DNA of 64,000 nucleotides from Balanoglossus misakiensis (GCA_040954595.2 CM082593.2:4791434-4855433), one strand, 5' to 3'; positions 11,146 to 23,913 are shown, numbered from the stretch's first letter. The notes: a model not told the origin generated them from the letters alone. Numbers and translations: made by a program.

Positions 11146-14100
11146 CTCTTCGTCACCATCCTCTGCAGGCAAAACACTCTTTGTAATCTCCTCCTCTACA
11201 ATTTGCACCCCTTGAGAGGTGTCATCTAATTCTTTTTCGGTTTCTATTTCGTGACTAACCTCCTCTTGTCTAATTTCACCAGACTCAAGATCGGCCATTT
11301 CTACAGAAATTTCTTTAAACCCTGAATGACTTTCTTTTATTTCTGGGGATTTCTGACTTTCCTCAACTGATGGAAACTGCTCTAATGCCTTTGATTCTTG
11401 TGTCTCAAGGGGCCGTTCATATTCCATTTCCCTTCCCAGAATTTCTACAACATCTTCTTCCTGCTCATCTCCTGAACCCTTTTCAAGAATGTCCATGACA
11501 TCCTCAAGCTCGACATCTTCAGGTTTTTCTTTAACGCACAGAAAAGAGTCAACAGGCCCAGCAACATCTTCTGGTGGCTCAAGTTCTTCAAGTGGTTCAG
11601 CATGCAGACTTTCATCAGCCACTTCGGCAATCTCAATATCACCGTCTTCCTCAAATTCGTGCTTCACCACAGGTTGCTGTGCCACAGCAAGAGTCACATC
11701 AAGCAACTGAACCTCAAGTTGTTGCTCCTTCTGCTCTCTTTCAAAAGACTGCTCAAGTTCACTCATGGCTTGTGGATCCGGCAATATTTCCATTTGGTCA
11801 GAAGATTCACAAACTTTTTCTGTTTCATCAGTGCGATCATGTACCACGGCAGTTTCAAGTTCGTGATGCTCAGATTGTATTTCTTCTACCTCCCCAACAG
11901 TTAGTTCGTCTAGTCCCCTGCTAGATGCAGGTGCAGCATCTGGTTCTGTATCAGTTTGTCTTGGTTTCTCATCGGTTAAAACTTCGTGAGGAGTCTCTTC
12001 AGAAGTTGCTTCTTGTTCCTTAATATGGATTACAGCAGTCTCTGGTTCAGCTTTATCTTCTCTTGGTTTCTCATCGGTTAAGAACATTGTGGGAGAGATC
12101 TCATCAGGTGCAACCTCTGCTTCAACATCAGGTTCAAATATCTCCTCGCTTACAATTTCTTGAAGAATTTCATCAGTAGGTACTTTTGTTTGTTCCTCCA
12201 TTTGGGTCGCAGTAGTCTCTAGTTCGACTTCTGTTGGTTTCTCTTCAGTGACAACTTCACTGGGGACCTCTTCAACGGGTGTTGGGGCCTCCTCTACTTC
12301 TGGTTCAAGTTTAGAAGGTTTCTCCTCAGTTACAACGTCACTAGGGACCTCTTCAACTGGCGTAGGGGCCTCCTCTACTTCTGGTTCAGCTTCTGTTGGT
12401 TTCTCTTCAGTGACAACTTCACTGGGGACCTCTTCAACGGGTGTTGGGGCCTCTTCCTGTTCTGGTTCAAGTTCAGAAGGTTTCTCCTCAGTTACAACGT
12501 CACTGGGGACCTCTTCAACTGGCGTAGGGGCCTCCTCTACTTCTGGTTCAGATTCTGTTGGTTTCTCTTCAGTGACAACTTCACTGGGGATCTCCTCAAC
12601 GGCTTTTGGGGCCTCTTCCTGTTCTGGTTCAAGTTCAGAAGGTTTCTCCTCAGTTACAACGTCACTGGGGACCTCTTCAACTGGCGTAGGGGCCTCCTCT
12701 ACTTCTGGTTCAGATTCTGTTGGTTTCTCTTCAGTGACAACTTCACTGGGGACCTCTTCAACGGGTGTTGGGGCCTCTTCTTGTTCTGGTTCAAGTTCAG
12801 AAGGTTTCTCCTCAGTTACAACGTCACTGGGGACCTCTTCAACTGGCGTAGGGGCCTCCTCTACTTCTGGTTCAGATTCTGTTGGTTTCTCTTCAGTGAC
12901 AACTTCACTGGGGATCTCCTCAACGGCTTTTGGGGCCTCTTCCTGTTCTGGTTCAAGTTCAGAAGGTTTCTCCTCAGTTACAACGTCACTGGGGACCTCT
13001 TCAACAGATGTAGGGGCCTCCTCTACTTCTGGTTCAGATTCTGTTGGTTTCTCTTCAGTGACAACTTCACTGGGGACCTCTTCAATGGGTGTTGGGGCCT
13101 CTTCCTGTTCTGGTTCAAGTTCAGAAGGTTTCTCCTCAGTTACAACGTCACTGGGGACCTCTTCAACAGATGTAGGGGCCTCCTCTACTTCTGGTTCAGA
13201 TTCTGTTGGTTTCTCTTCAGTGACAACTTCACTGGGGACCTCTTCAATGGGTGTTGGGGCCTCTTCCTGTTCTGGTTCAAGTTCAGAAGGTTTCTCCTCA
13301 GTTACAACGTCACTGGGGACCTCTTCAACTGGCGTAGGGGCCTCCTCTACTTCTGGTTCAGATTCTGTTGGTTTCTCTTCAGTGACAACTTCACTGGGGA
13401 TCTCCTCAACGGGTGTTGGGGCCTCTTCCTGTTCTGGTTCAAGTTCAGAAGGTTTCTCCTCAGTTACAACTTCACTGGGGATCTCCTCAACAGGGGTAGG
13501 GGCCTCCTCTACTTCTGGTTCAGCTTCTGTTGGTTTCTCCTCAGTTGCAACGTCACTGGGGATCTCTTCAACGGGTGTTGGGGCCTCTTCCTGTTCTGGT
13601 TCAAGTTCAGAAGGTTTCTCCTCAGTTACAACGTCACTGGGGACCTCTTCAACTGGCGTAGGGGCCTCCTCTACTTCTGGTTCAGTTTCTGTTGGTTTCT
13701 CTTCAGTGACAACTTCACTGGGGACCTCTTCGACGGGTGTTGGGGCCTCTTCCTGTTCTGGTTCAAGTTCAGAAGGTTTCTCCTCAGTTACGTCACTGGG
13801 GACCTCTTCAACTGGCGTAGGGGCCTCCTCTACTTCTGGTTCAGATTCTGTTGGTTTCTCTTCAGTGACAACTTCACTGGGGATCTCCTCAACGGGTGTT
13901 GGGGCCTCTTCCTGTTCTTGTTCAAGTTCAGAAGGTTTCTCCTCAGTTACAACGTCACTGGGGATCTCCTCAACAGGGGTAGGGGCCTCCTCTACTTCTG
14001 GTTCAGCTTCTGTTGGTTTCTCTTCAGTGACAACTTCACTGGGGATCTCCTCAACGGGTGTTGGGGCCTCTTCCTGTTCTTGTTCAAGTTCAGAAGGTTT

Positions 14101-17100
14101 CTCCTCAGTTACAACGTCACTGGGGATCTCCTCAACAGGGGTAGGGGCCTCCTCTACTTCTGGTTCAGCTTCTGTTGGTTTCTCTTCAGTGACAACTTCA
14201 CTGGGGATCTCCTCAACGGGTGTTGGGGCCTCTTCCTGTTCTTGTTCAAGTTCAGAAGGTTTCTCCTCAGTTACAACGTCACTGGGGATCTCCTCAACAG
14301 GGGTAGGGGCCTCCTCTACTTCTGGTTCAGATTCTGTTGGTTTCTCTTCAGTGACAACTTCAATGGGGACCTCTTCAACAGATGTAGGGGCCTCCTCTAC
14401 CTCTGGTTTAGATTCTGTTGGTTTCTCTTCAGTGACAACTTCACTGGGGACCTCCTCAACAGCTGTAGGGACCTCTTCTTGTTCTGGTTCAAGTTCAGAA
14501 GGTTTCTCCTCAGTTACAACGTCACTGGGGATCTCCTCAACAGGGGTAGGGGCCTCCTCTACTTCTGGTTCAGCTTCTGTTGGTTTCTCTTCAGTGACAA
14601 CTTCAATGGGGACCTCTTCAACAGATGTAGGGGCCTCCTCTACCTCTGGTTCAGATTCTGTTGGTTTCTCTTCAGTGACAACTTCACTGGGGATCTCCTC
14701 AACGGGTGTTGGGGCCTCTTCCTGTTCTTGTTCAAGTTCAGAAGGTTTCTCCTCAGTTACAACGTCACTGGGGATCTCCTCAACAGGGGTAGGGGCCTCC
14801 TCTACTTCTGGTTCAGATTCTGTTGGTTTCTCTTCAGTGACAACTTCAATGGGGACCTCTTCAACAGATGTAGGGGCCTCCTCTACCTCTGGTTTAGATT
14901 CTGTTGGTTTCTCTTCAGTGACAACTTCACTGGGGACCTCCTCAACAGCTGTAGGGACCTCTTCTTGTTCTGGTTCAAGTTCAGAAGGTTTCTCCTCAGT
15001 TACAACGTCACTGGGGATCTCCTCAACAGGGGTAGGGGCCTCCTCTACTTCTGGTTCAGCTTCTGTTGGTTTCTCTTCAGTGACAACTTCAATGGGGACC
15101 TCTTCAACAGATGTAGGGGCCTCCTCTACCTCTGGTTCAGATTCTGTTGGTTTCTCTTCAGTGACAACTTCACTGGGGATCTCCTCAACGGGTGTTGGGG
15201 CCTCTTCCTGTTCTTGTTCAAGTTCAGAAGGTTTCTCCTCAGTTACAACGTCACTGGGGATCTCCTCAACAGGGGTAGGGGCCTCCTCTACTTCTGGTTC
15301 AGCTTCTGTTGGTTTCTCTTCAGTGACAACTTCAATGGGGACCTCTTCAACAGATGTAGGGGCCTCTTCTTGTTCTGGTTCAAGTTCAGAAGGTTTCTCC
15401 TCAGTTACAACGTCACTGGGGATCTCCTCAACAGGGGTAGGGGCCTCCTCTACTTCTGGTTCAGCTTCTGTTGGTTTCTCTTCAGTGACAACTTCACTGG
15501 GGACCTCCTCAACAGCTGTAGGGACCTCTTCTTGTTCTGGTTCAAGTTCAGAAGGTTTCTCCTCAGTTACAACGTCACTGGGGATCTCCTCAACAGGGGT
15601 AGGGGCCTCCTCTACTTCTGGTTCAGCTTCTGTTGGTTTCTCTTCAGTGACAACTTCAATGGGGACCTCTTCAACGGGTGTTGGGGCCTCCTCTACTTCT
15701 GGTTTAGATTCTGTTGGTTTCTCATCAGTGACAACTTCACTGGGGACCTCTTCAACGGGTGTTGGGGCCTCTTCCTGTTCTGGTACAAGTTCAGAAGGTT
15801 TCTCCTCAGTTACAACGTCACTGGGGACCTCTTCAACTGGCGTAGGGGCCTCCTCCACCTCTGGCTCAGTTTCTGTTGGTTTCTCTTCAGTGACAACTTC
15901 ACTGGGGACCTCTTCAACGGGTGTTGGGGCCTCTTCCTGTTCTGGTACAAGTTCAGAAGGTTTCTCCTCAGTTACAACGTCACTGGGGACCTCTTCAACT
16001 GGCGTAGGGGCCTCCTCTACTTCTGGTTCAGATTCTGTTGGTTTCTCTTCAGTGACAACTTCACTGGGGATCTCCTCAACGGGTGTTGGGGCCTCTTCCT
16101 GTTCTGGTTCAAGTTCAGAAGGTTTCTCCTCAGTTACAACGTCACTGGGGATCTCCTCAACAGGGGTAGGGGCCTCCTCTACTTCTGGTTCAGCTTCTGT
16201 TGGTTTCTCTTCAGTGACAACTTCAATGGGGACCTCTTCAACAAGGGTAGGGGCCTCCTCTACTTCTGGTTCAGCTTCTGTTGGTTTCTCCTCAGTTACA
16301 ACGTCACTGGGGACCTCTTCAACAGATGTAGGGGCCTCCTCTACTTCTGGTTCAGCTTCTGTTGGTTTCTCTTCAGTGACAACGTCACTGGGGACCTCTT
16401 CAACAGGGGTAGGGGCCTCCTCTACTTCTGGTTCAGCTTCTGTTGGTTTCTCTTCAGTGACAACTTCACTGGGGATCTCCTCAACAGGGGTAGGGGCCTC
16501 CTCTACTTCTGGTTCAGCTTCTGTTGGTTTCTCCTCAGTTACAACGTCACTGGGGACCTCTTCAACAGATGTAGGGGCCTCCTCTACTTGTGGTTCGGCT
16601 TCTGTTGGTTTCTCTTCAGTAACAACTTCACTGGGGATCTCCTCAACAGGGGTAGGGGCCTCCTCTACTTGTGGTTCAGCTTCTGTTGGTTTCTCCTCAG
16701 TTACAACGTCACTGGGGACCTCTTCAACAGATGTAGGGGCCTCCTCTACTTCTGGTTCAGCTTCTGTTGGTTTCTCCTCAGTTACAACGTCACCGGGGAC
16801 CTCTTCAACAGGGGTAGGGACCACCTCTACTTCTGGTTCAGCTTCTGTTGGTTTCTCTTCAGTGACAATTTCACTGGGGATCTCCTCAACAACTGTAGGG
16901 ACCTCTTCTTGTTCTGGTTCAAGTTCAGAAGGTTTCTCCTCAGTTACAACGTCACTGGGGACCTCTTCAACAGGTGTGGGTGCCTCATCAACTTCTGGTT
17001 CAGCGTCTGTTGGTTTCTCTTCAGTGACAATTTCACTGGGGATCTCCTCAACAGCTGTAGGGACCTCTTCTTGTTCTGGTTCAAGTTCAGAAGGTTTCTC

Positions 17101-20100
17101 CTCAGTTACAACGTCACTGGGGACCTCTTCAACAGGTGTGGGTGCCTCATCAACTTCTGGTTCAGCGTCTGTTGGTTTCTCTTCAGTGACAATTTCACTG
17201 GGGATCACCTCAACAGCTGTAGGGAGCTCTTCTTGTTCTGGTTTAAGTTCAGAAGGTTTCTCCTCAGTTACAACGTCACTGAGGACCTCTTCAACAGGTG
17301 TGGGTGCCTCATCAACTTCTTCTTCAGGTTCTGTTGGTTTCTCCTCAGTTACAACGTCACTGGGGACCTCTTCAACAGATGTAGGGGCCTCCTCTACTTC
17401 TGGTTCAGCTTCTGTTGGTTTCTCCTCAGTTACAACGTCACTGGGGACCTCTTCAACAGGGGTAGGGGCCTCCTCTACTTCTGGTTCAGCTTCTGTTGGT
17501 TTCTCTTCAGTGACAACTTCACTGGGGATCTCTTCAACAACTGTAGGGACCTCTTCTTGTTCTGGTTCAAGTTCAGAAGGTTTCTCCTCAGTTACAGCGT
17601 CACTGGGGACCTCTTCAACAGGTGTGGGTGCCTCATCAACTTCTGGTTCAGCGTCTGTTGGTTTCTCTTCAGTGACAATTTCACTGGGGATCTCCTCAAC
17701 AGCTGTAGGGACCTCTTCTTGTTCTGGTTCAAGTTCAGAAGGTTTCTCCTCAGTTACAACGTCACTGGGGACCTCTTCAACAGGTGTGGGTGCCTCATCA
17801 ACTTCTGGTTCAGCGTCTGTTGGTTTCTCTTCAGTGACAATTTCACTGGGGATCACCTCAACAGCTGTAGGGAGCTCTTCTTGTTCTGGTTTAAGTTCAG
17901 AGTGTTTCTCCTCAGTTACAACGTCACTGGGGATCTCTTCAACAGGTGTGGGTGCCTCATCAACTTCTTCTTCAGGTTCTGTTGGTTTCTCCTCAGTTAC
18001 AACGTCACTGGGGACCTCTTCAACAGATGTAGGGGCCTCCTCTACTTCTGGTTCAGCTTCTGTTGGTTTCTCCTCAGTTACAACGTCACTGGGGACCTCT
18101 TCAACAGGTGTGGGTGCCTCATCAACTTCTGGTTCAGCGTCTGTTGGTTTCTCTTCAGTGACAATTTCACTGGGGATCACCTCAACAGCTGTAGGGAGCT
18201 CTTCTTGTTCTGGTTTAAGTTCAGAAGGTTTCTCCTCAGTTACAACGTCACTGGGGATCTCTTCAACAGATGTAGGGGCCTCCTCTACTTCTGGTTCAGC
18301 TTCTGTTGGTTTCTCTACAGTGACAATTTCACTGGGGATCTCCTCAACAACTGTAGGGACCTCTTCTTGTTCTGGTTCAAGTTCAGAAGGTTTCTCCTCA
18401 GTTACAGCGTCACTGGGGACCTCTTCAACAGGTGTGGGTGCCTCATCAACTTCTGGTTCAGCGTCTGTTGGTTTCTCTTCAGTGACAATTTCACTGGGGA
18501 TCTCCTTAACAGCTGTAGGGACCTCTTCTTGTTCTGGTTCAAGTTCAGAAGGTTTCTCCTCAGTTACAGCGTCACTGGGGACCTCTTCAACAGGTGTGGG
18601 TGCCTCATCAACTTCTGGTTCAGCGTCTGTTGGTTTCTCTTCAGTGACAACTTCACTGGGGATCTCTTCAACAGGGGTAGGGACCTCTTCTTGTTCTGGT
18701 TCAAGTTCAGAAGGTTTATCCTCAGTTACAACGTCACTGGGGACCTCTTCAACAGGTGTGGGTGCCTCATCAACTTCTAGTTCAGCGTCTGTTGGTTTCT
18801 CTTCAGTGACAATTTCACTGGGGATCGCCTCAACAGCTGTAGGGACCTCTTCTTGTTCTGGTTCAAGTTCAGAAGGTTTCTCCTCAGTGACAACTTCACT
18901 GGGAATCTCTTCAACAGATGTAGGTGCCTCATCAACTTCTGGTTCAGCGTCTGTTGGTTTCTCTTCAGTGACAATTTCACTGGGGATCTCTTCAACAGGT
19001 GTAGGGACCTCTTCTTGTTCTGGTTCAAGTTCAGAAGGTTTCTCCTCAGTTACAACGTCACTGGGGATCTCTTCAACAGATGTAGGTGCCTCCTCCACCT
19101 CTGGCTCATCTTCCGTTGGTTTCTCTTCAGTGACAACTTCACTGGGGACCTCCTCAACAGGTGCAGGGGTCTCCTCCACTTCTGGTTCAGTTTCTGTTGG
19201 TTTCTCTTCAGTGACAACTTCACTGGGGACCTCCTCAACAGGTGTAGGGACCTCTTCTTGTTCTGGTTCAAGTTCAGAAGGTTTCTCCTCAGTTACAACA
19301 TCACTGGGGACCTCTTCAACAGGTGCAGGGGTCTCCTCCACTTCTGGTTCAGTTTCTGTTGGTTTCTCTTCAGTGACAACTTCACTGGGGATCTCTTCAA
19401 CAGCTGTAGGGAGCTCTTCTTGTTCTGGTTCAAGTTCAGGTTTCTCTTCAGTGACAACTTCACTGGGGACCTCCTCAACAGCTGTAGGGAGCTCTTCTTG
19501 TTCTGGTTCAAGTTCAGAAGGTTTCTCCTCAGTTACAACGTCACTGGGGACCTCTTCAACAGGTGTGGGTGCCTCATCAACTTCTGGTTCAGCGTCTGTT
19601 GGTTTCTCTTCAGTGACAACTTCACTGGGGACCTCCTCAACAGCTGTAGGGAGCTCTTCTTGTTCTGGTTTAAGTTCAGAAGGTTTCTCCTCAGTTACAA
19701 CGTCACTGGGGACCTCTTCAACAGGTGTGGGTGCCTCATCAACTTCTTCTTCAGGTTCTGTTGGTTTCTCCTCAGTTACAACGTCACTGGGGACCTCTTC
19801 AACAGATGTAGGGGCCTCCTCTACTTCTGGTTCAGCTTCTGTTGGTTTCTCCTCAGTTACAACGTCACTGGGGACCTCTTCAACAGGGGTAGGGGCCTCC
19901 TCTACTTCTGGTTCAGCTTCTGTTGGTTTCTCTTCAGTGACAACTTCACTGGGGATCTCTTCAACAGGTGTAGGGACCTCTTCTTGTTCTGGTTCAAGTT
20001 CAGAAGGTTTCTCCTCAGTTACAACGTCACTGGGGATCTCTTCAACAGATGTAGGGGCCTCATCAACTTCTGGTTCAGCTTCTGTTGGTTTCTCTTCAGT

Positions 20101-21513
20101 GACAACTTCACTAGGGATCTCTTCAACAGGTGTAGGGACCTCTTCCTGTTCTGGTTCAAGTTCAGAAGGTGTCTCCTCAGTTACAACGTCACTGGGGATC
20201 TCTTCAACAGATGTAGGGGCCTCATCAACTTCTGGTTCAGCTTCTGTTGGTTTCTCTTCAGTGACAACTTCACTAGGGATCTCTTCAACAGGTGTAGGGA
20301 CCTCTTCTTGTTCTGGTTCAAGTTCAGAAGGTTTCTCCTCAGTTACAACGTCACTGGGGATCTCTTCAACAGATGTAGGTGCCTCCTCTACTTCTGGTTC
20401 AACGTCTGTTGGTTTCTCTTCAGTGACAACTTCACTAGGGATCTCTTCAACAGGGGTAGGGACCTCTTCTTGTTCTGGTTCAAGTTCAGAAGGTTTCTCC
20501 TCAGTTACAACGTCACTGGGGACCTCTTCAACTGGCGTAGAGGCCTCCTCTACTTCTGGTTCAGATTCTGTTGGTTTCTCTTCAGTGACAACTTCACTGG
20601 GGACCTCTTCAACAGGTGTAGGGACCTCTTCCTGTTCTGGTTCAAGTTCAGAAGGCTTCTCCTCAGTTACAACGTCACTGGGGACCTCTTCAACAGGTGT
20701 GGGTGTCTCCTCCACCTCTGCTTCAGCTTCAGATGGTTTCTCTTCAGTGACAATGTCATGAGAAATGTCTACAGGTTGTTCTGCTACCTCTTCAATTTTG
20801 ATCGAAGCAGTCACCGGTTCACTTTGTACTATTTGTTCAGTAAGTTGAGTTTGTTCTCTATCAAGGTGTGCATCTTTTTCAACCAATGGGTATTCACTTG
20901 TCATGGCTATTTCTGCACAGACTGTTTCAACAGGTCGAGATAGCTCAGTGACACAGACCATTTCTCTTTCCTGATCATCCTGTCTTACATCTTCGACCTT
21001 TACCTGTGGTGATTCGGCCTTAACAACAGTGATCTGAAGATGCTGAATGTCTAATCCACTAACTTCCGTTGCTTGTGATTGTTCATGAGTCGTTGCAGAT
21101 GAGGTAACTGCTGCTTGGTCAACTTGTGGCTCGCGGAGATGAGCAGTGTCTTTTTCACTAACCTCTGTGGTATCACTTTTATATTGTTCGGGCATGTCTG
21201 AATCCGACTGAGGAATTTGCTTCATGGCTTCAGTTGGAAGTTCTGACTCTGATGACTTTTCTACCTGTTCTGGGGGACCCTGACTCACTTCACTAGATTC
21301 TAATGGGGTAGTTTGTTCAATGTGCGGACTTTCATCTGTGTCAAATGTTATGCCATCAACAAAAGCTGTTTCAACAGATTGCATTTGTGTGAGAGTTATA
21401 GTTTGCTCAGAGATTTTATCTATGACTGGGGGAGATACAAGAAGAGTGTCAAGCTCTACAGACATGTCTGCAGGCTCAGGAGGTATCATTTCTTGATCGG
21501 GAGAAATTTCAAC
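11146..21513 (-). CDS. ANK: Giant exon, 10,368 nt / 3,456 aa, Glu/Pro/Val/Thr-rich with a long tandem repeat array
   Basis: Uninterrupted ORF 11137-21612; acceptor tattcag|GTTGAA at 21513; donor GAG|GTAAAG at 11146, or read-through VK-stop at 11137; phase 0-0. Confidence 0.9.
12239..20750 (-). repeat. Coding minisatellite: about 105 copies of an 81-bp (27-aa) unit, mostly alternating A (VEEVPSDVVTEEKPSELEPEQEEAPTP) and B (VEEIPSEVVTEEKPTEAEPEVEEAPTP) types
   Basis: 81-bp spacing read directly (e.g. 12248 vs 12329); copy number estimated from span/81. Confidence 0.95.
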
Positions 21514-21658
21514 CTGAATACACCAGGAAGAACAAGTGTTAGCCAGAAAAGAAAATTCAATTCCGAAGATACCTGTAGAAGAGGGGGGGGATTCAAAACC
21601 ACAATAACACAAATATTACAACCAAAACAAAACATCGACAAATATTGAGAAATCATAC

Positions 21659-21724
21659 CTCTGGGGAATAGTCAGCAGCACGTGAGCTTGTGGCGTAAGG
21701 TCCTATGGCAATTTCTGCTCGACC
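21659..21724 (-). CDS. ANK: Candidate cassette exon (GRAEIAIGPYATSSRAADYSPE)
   Basis: 66 nt, tctccag acceptor, GAG|GTATG donor, phase 0-0. Confidence 0.55.
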
Positions 21725-22062
21725 CTGGAGATTCAAATGAACAGAGTATACGCTCTATACATATGCAATACAGCAGCTTGGCAATCTTTTTATAGCATTT
21801 GAATGGAGTGAATTCAAACTGAAAAGATGCTTTGGTGAAAATATGCCATTCAGGCTTTAAACGCCAAAAAACAAATAGAAATTGATATGTGAATATCATG
21901 AGGCTCAAGACTTTGCAAAAATTAAAGTCATTAGGGCTAAAGATGCTAAGCATGCTCATGTTTTGAATGTGACTTCATCTAGTTTTGGCTGTGACTTCCT
22001 CTAAGTAATGCTGGTTAGTTGAAGTGAGCATACAATAATGGAATTAAGAAGCAGCTGCATAC

Positions 22063-22122
22063 CTCGCTGACTGCCTCGGGAGTTGTTGGACTCTCTTTAC
22101 TAATGGCAATCTCCACAGGAAC
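22063..22122 (-). CDS. ANK: Cassette exon (VPVEIAISKESPTTPEAVSE)
   Basis: 60 nt, phase 0-0. Confidence 0.7.
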
Positions 22123-22514
22123 CTATATAATTAGAGTTAGTGAAAAGTGCTCACGTCTTTCTTTTTTATAAAACGATATGCAACTTAAACGTATTCAGCT
22201 ATGATAAATTTGACGGCAACAACATGCCAGTGGTTGAAAAGCTGATTTTTTTTGCGAACATGACAAGCTGAACTGTGCGATATCAAATCTGATGTAATGA
22301 GAATGTATAACTGAAAAGAATCAAAACCTGAAATAAAATTAAAACCTTTATAAAGATTATTCATGACAGCTTGATAAAAACAAAACTTGTAAACACTGTG
22401 TTTGCTTACAATGTCAATATGAGACCGATGTAAAGAATATCCACTCTCACAAGCTGAAATAAAAATCTAAAACAATTGTGTGTGGTGTAACAACTGTAGA
22501 CATGGCAGAAATAC

Positions 22515-22568
22515 CTCTGATGGGCCGAGAAAATCATCAGCTGCATGTTCCCTTTCTGGAGTGACATC
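22515..22568 (-). CDS. ANK: Cassette exon (DVTPEREHAADDFLGPSE)
   Basis: 54 nt, phase 0-0. Confidence 0.7.
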
Positions 22569-23408
22569 CTACAGAGAAAATTATAGATTACAGGTTTATG
22601 CAAAGCAGCAGGTATGCTCAGTCTTTTGGGGGGAAAACCTGCTATCTGTCAAGTGTCTCATGGATTGTGTAGTATTATTTGTCTGTTAGTGGTTAATCAT
22701 GTTATCATTTTGACTGAGATTACACATTGGTAGGCTCGTCATTTGAAATCACAACCGAAACTGGTCATCATGCTTAATTAATAAAGAGAAAAGTATTCTT
22801 AGAAGCCTGACCAATTTTGGCAGCGCATAATGCATGATTGCAAATTATTATCAAGAGGAGCAAAATATTTATATAGTTATCATTTTGTACATATCTTCAA
22901 AGATTTGTTATCTACTATTGGTTGATATAATAGTAATCCTGAATGCACTGCTAAGTTACTTGTTCAAAAATACCATTGAGTGCCACGAAGTGCAAAAATA
23001 TAACATGCAATACATATATATAATCAGCATACAAATAATACAGCATATTATATACAATACAAGCAGTTTTCCTTGCATGTGAGATATCTTTGAAATACAA
23101 CAGCAAATGTAATACTACAGCTCTGCAGGTGAGTTACATTTGACTGCCAGAGAATCTACTCATGCAGCACATATAAATATATTCACTTTACACAGTCACT
23201 AAATACAAGTCATGCAATTTCATGTGCATGGGAAAACAGTAATCACAGTCACAAAGCCTGCAAAAAAATCAAAGGAAAATTACTGATGCCACAGTAACTA
23301 ACTGATACAGTGCAATGTCTAAAACATCAACTTAGGGGGAAGCATGGATACTAAATACGACCACATCAATAGCAAGTTACAGACAGAAGCAATTGTTGGT
23401 TAGGGTAC

Positions 23409-23459
23409 CTCAGATGTCATTTCTTGCTCTCCAGGTGTTTCTATTTCGTCTCTGTACTC
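23409..23459 (-). CDS. ANK: Cassette exon (EYRDEIETPGEQEMTSE)
   Basis: 51 nt, phase 0-0. Confidence 0.7.
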
Positions 23460-23694
23460 CTGGTCAAAATAAAGTGATCAGTGAATGAGTTAACGGCTGG
23501 TCGGCAAACTTGGTCCATCAAATAGAAAGGGATGCATGCTCAGGGGGTCTATGATGAGTACATCACAACCACCACAGTTCAAATAAAATACAGAGGACAC
23601 ACTTGTACAACTGATATCACAGTGTAATACACACTATCAGGTTCACATGTATACAAGTGTCACAGACATTTAAGTTAAAACTGTATAGAGTTAC

Positions 23695-23733
23695 CTTGTG
23701 GTAACTTTCAGTTATTACAATTTCTTGCCGGAC
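23695..23733 (-). CDS. ANK: Cassette exon (VRQEIVITESYHK)
   Basis: 39 nt, phase 0-0. Confidence 0.7.
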
Positions 23734-23850
23734 CTATAATCATCAACGAAAAGACGGAAAATTCGTAATGCTGTATTGTACATGAAGGAAGCCTAGGAAA
23801 TCAACTCGAAAATGAAAATAGCTTGGTATCACTAAAATCTAGTCATCTAC

Positions 23851-23913
23851 CTGAGTTTTAGTTTGAAATTGTTCGTCTTCAAAGCTGACAACTTTTTCTT
23901 TTTCTGGAGTTTC
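23851..23913 (-). CDS. ANK: Cassette exon (ETPEKEKVVSFEDEQFQTKTQ)
   Basis: 63 nt, phase 0-0. Confidence 0.75.

Noticed and set aside
12239-20750. Regular array that could be mistaken for CRISPR or non-coding satellite
   Set aside because: There are no unique spacers or cas genes, the context is eukaryotic and intron-containing, and the indels preserve the minus-strand reading frame.
12248-20943. Very long plus-strand ORFs (2837 aa Ser/Thr/Gly-rich; 1999 and 696 aa Phe/Trp/Leu-rich)
   Set aside because: Antisense shadows of the 81-bp coding repeat: a unit with no stop in a given frame stays open across the whole array. They have no independent gene structure.
21514-21612. N-terminal 33 aa of the 3491-aa ORF, and treating it or the 732-aa ORF as standalone genes
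   Set aside because: Both ORFs start at GTG rather than ATG. The first 33 aa lie in intron sequence upstream of a clear acceptor, and both ORFs are internal exons of the ankyrin gene.
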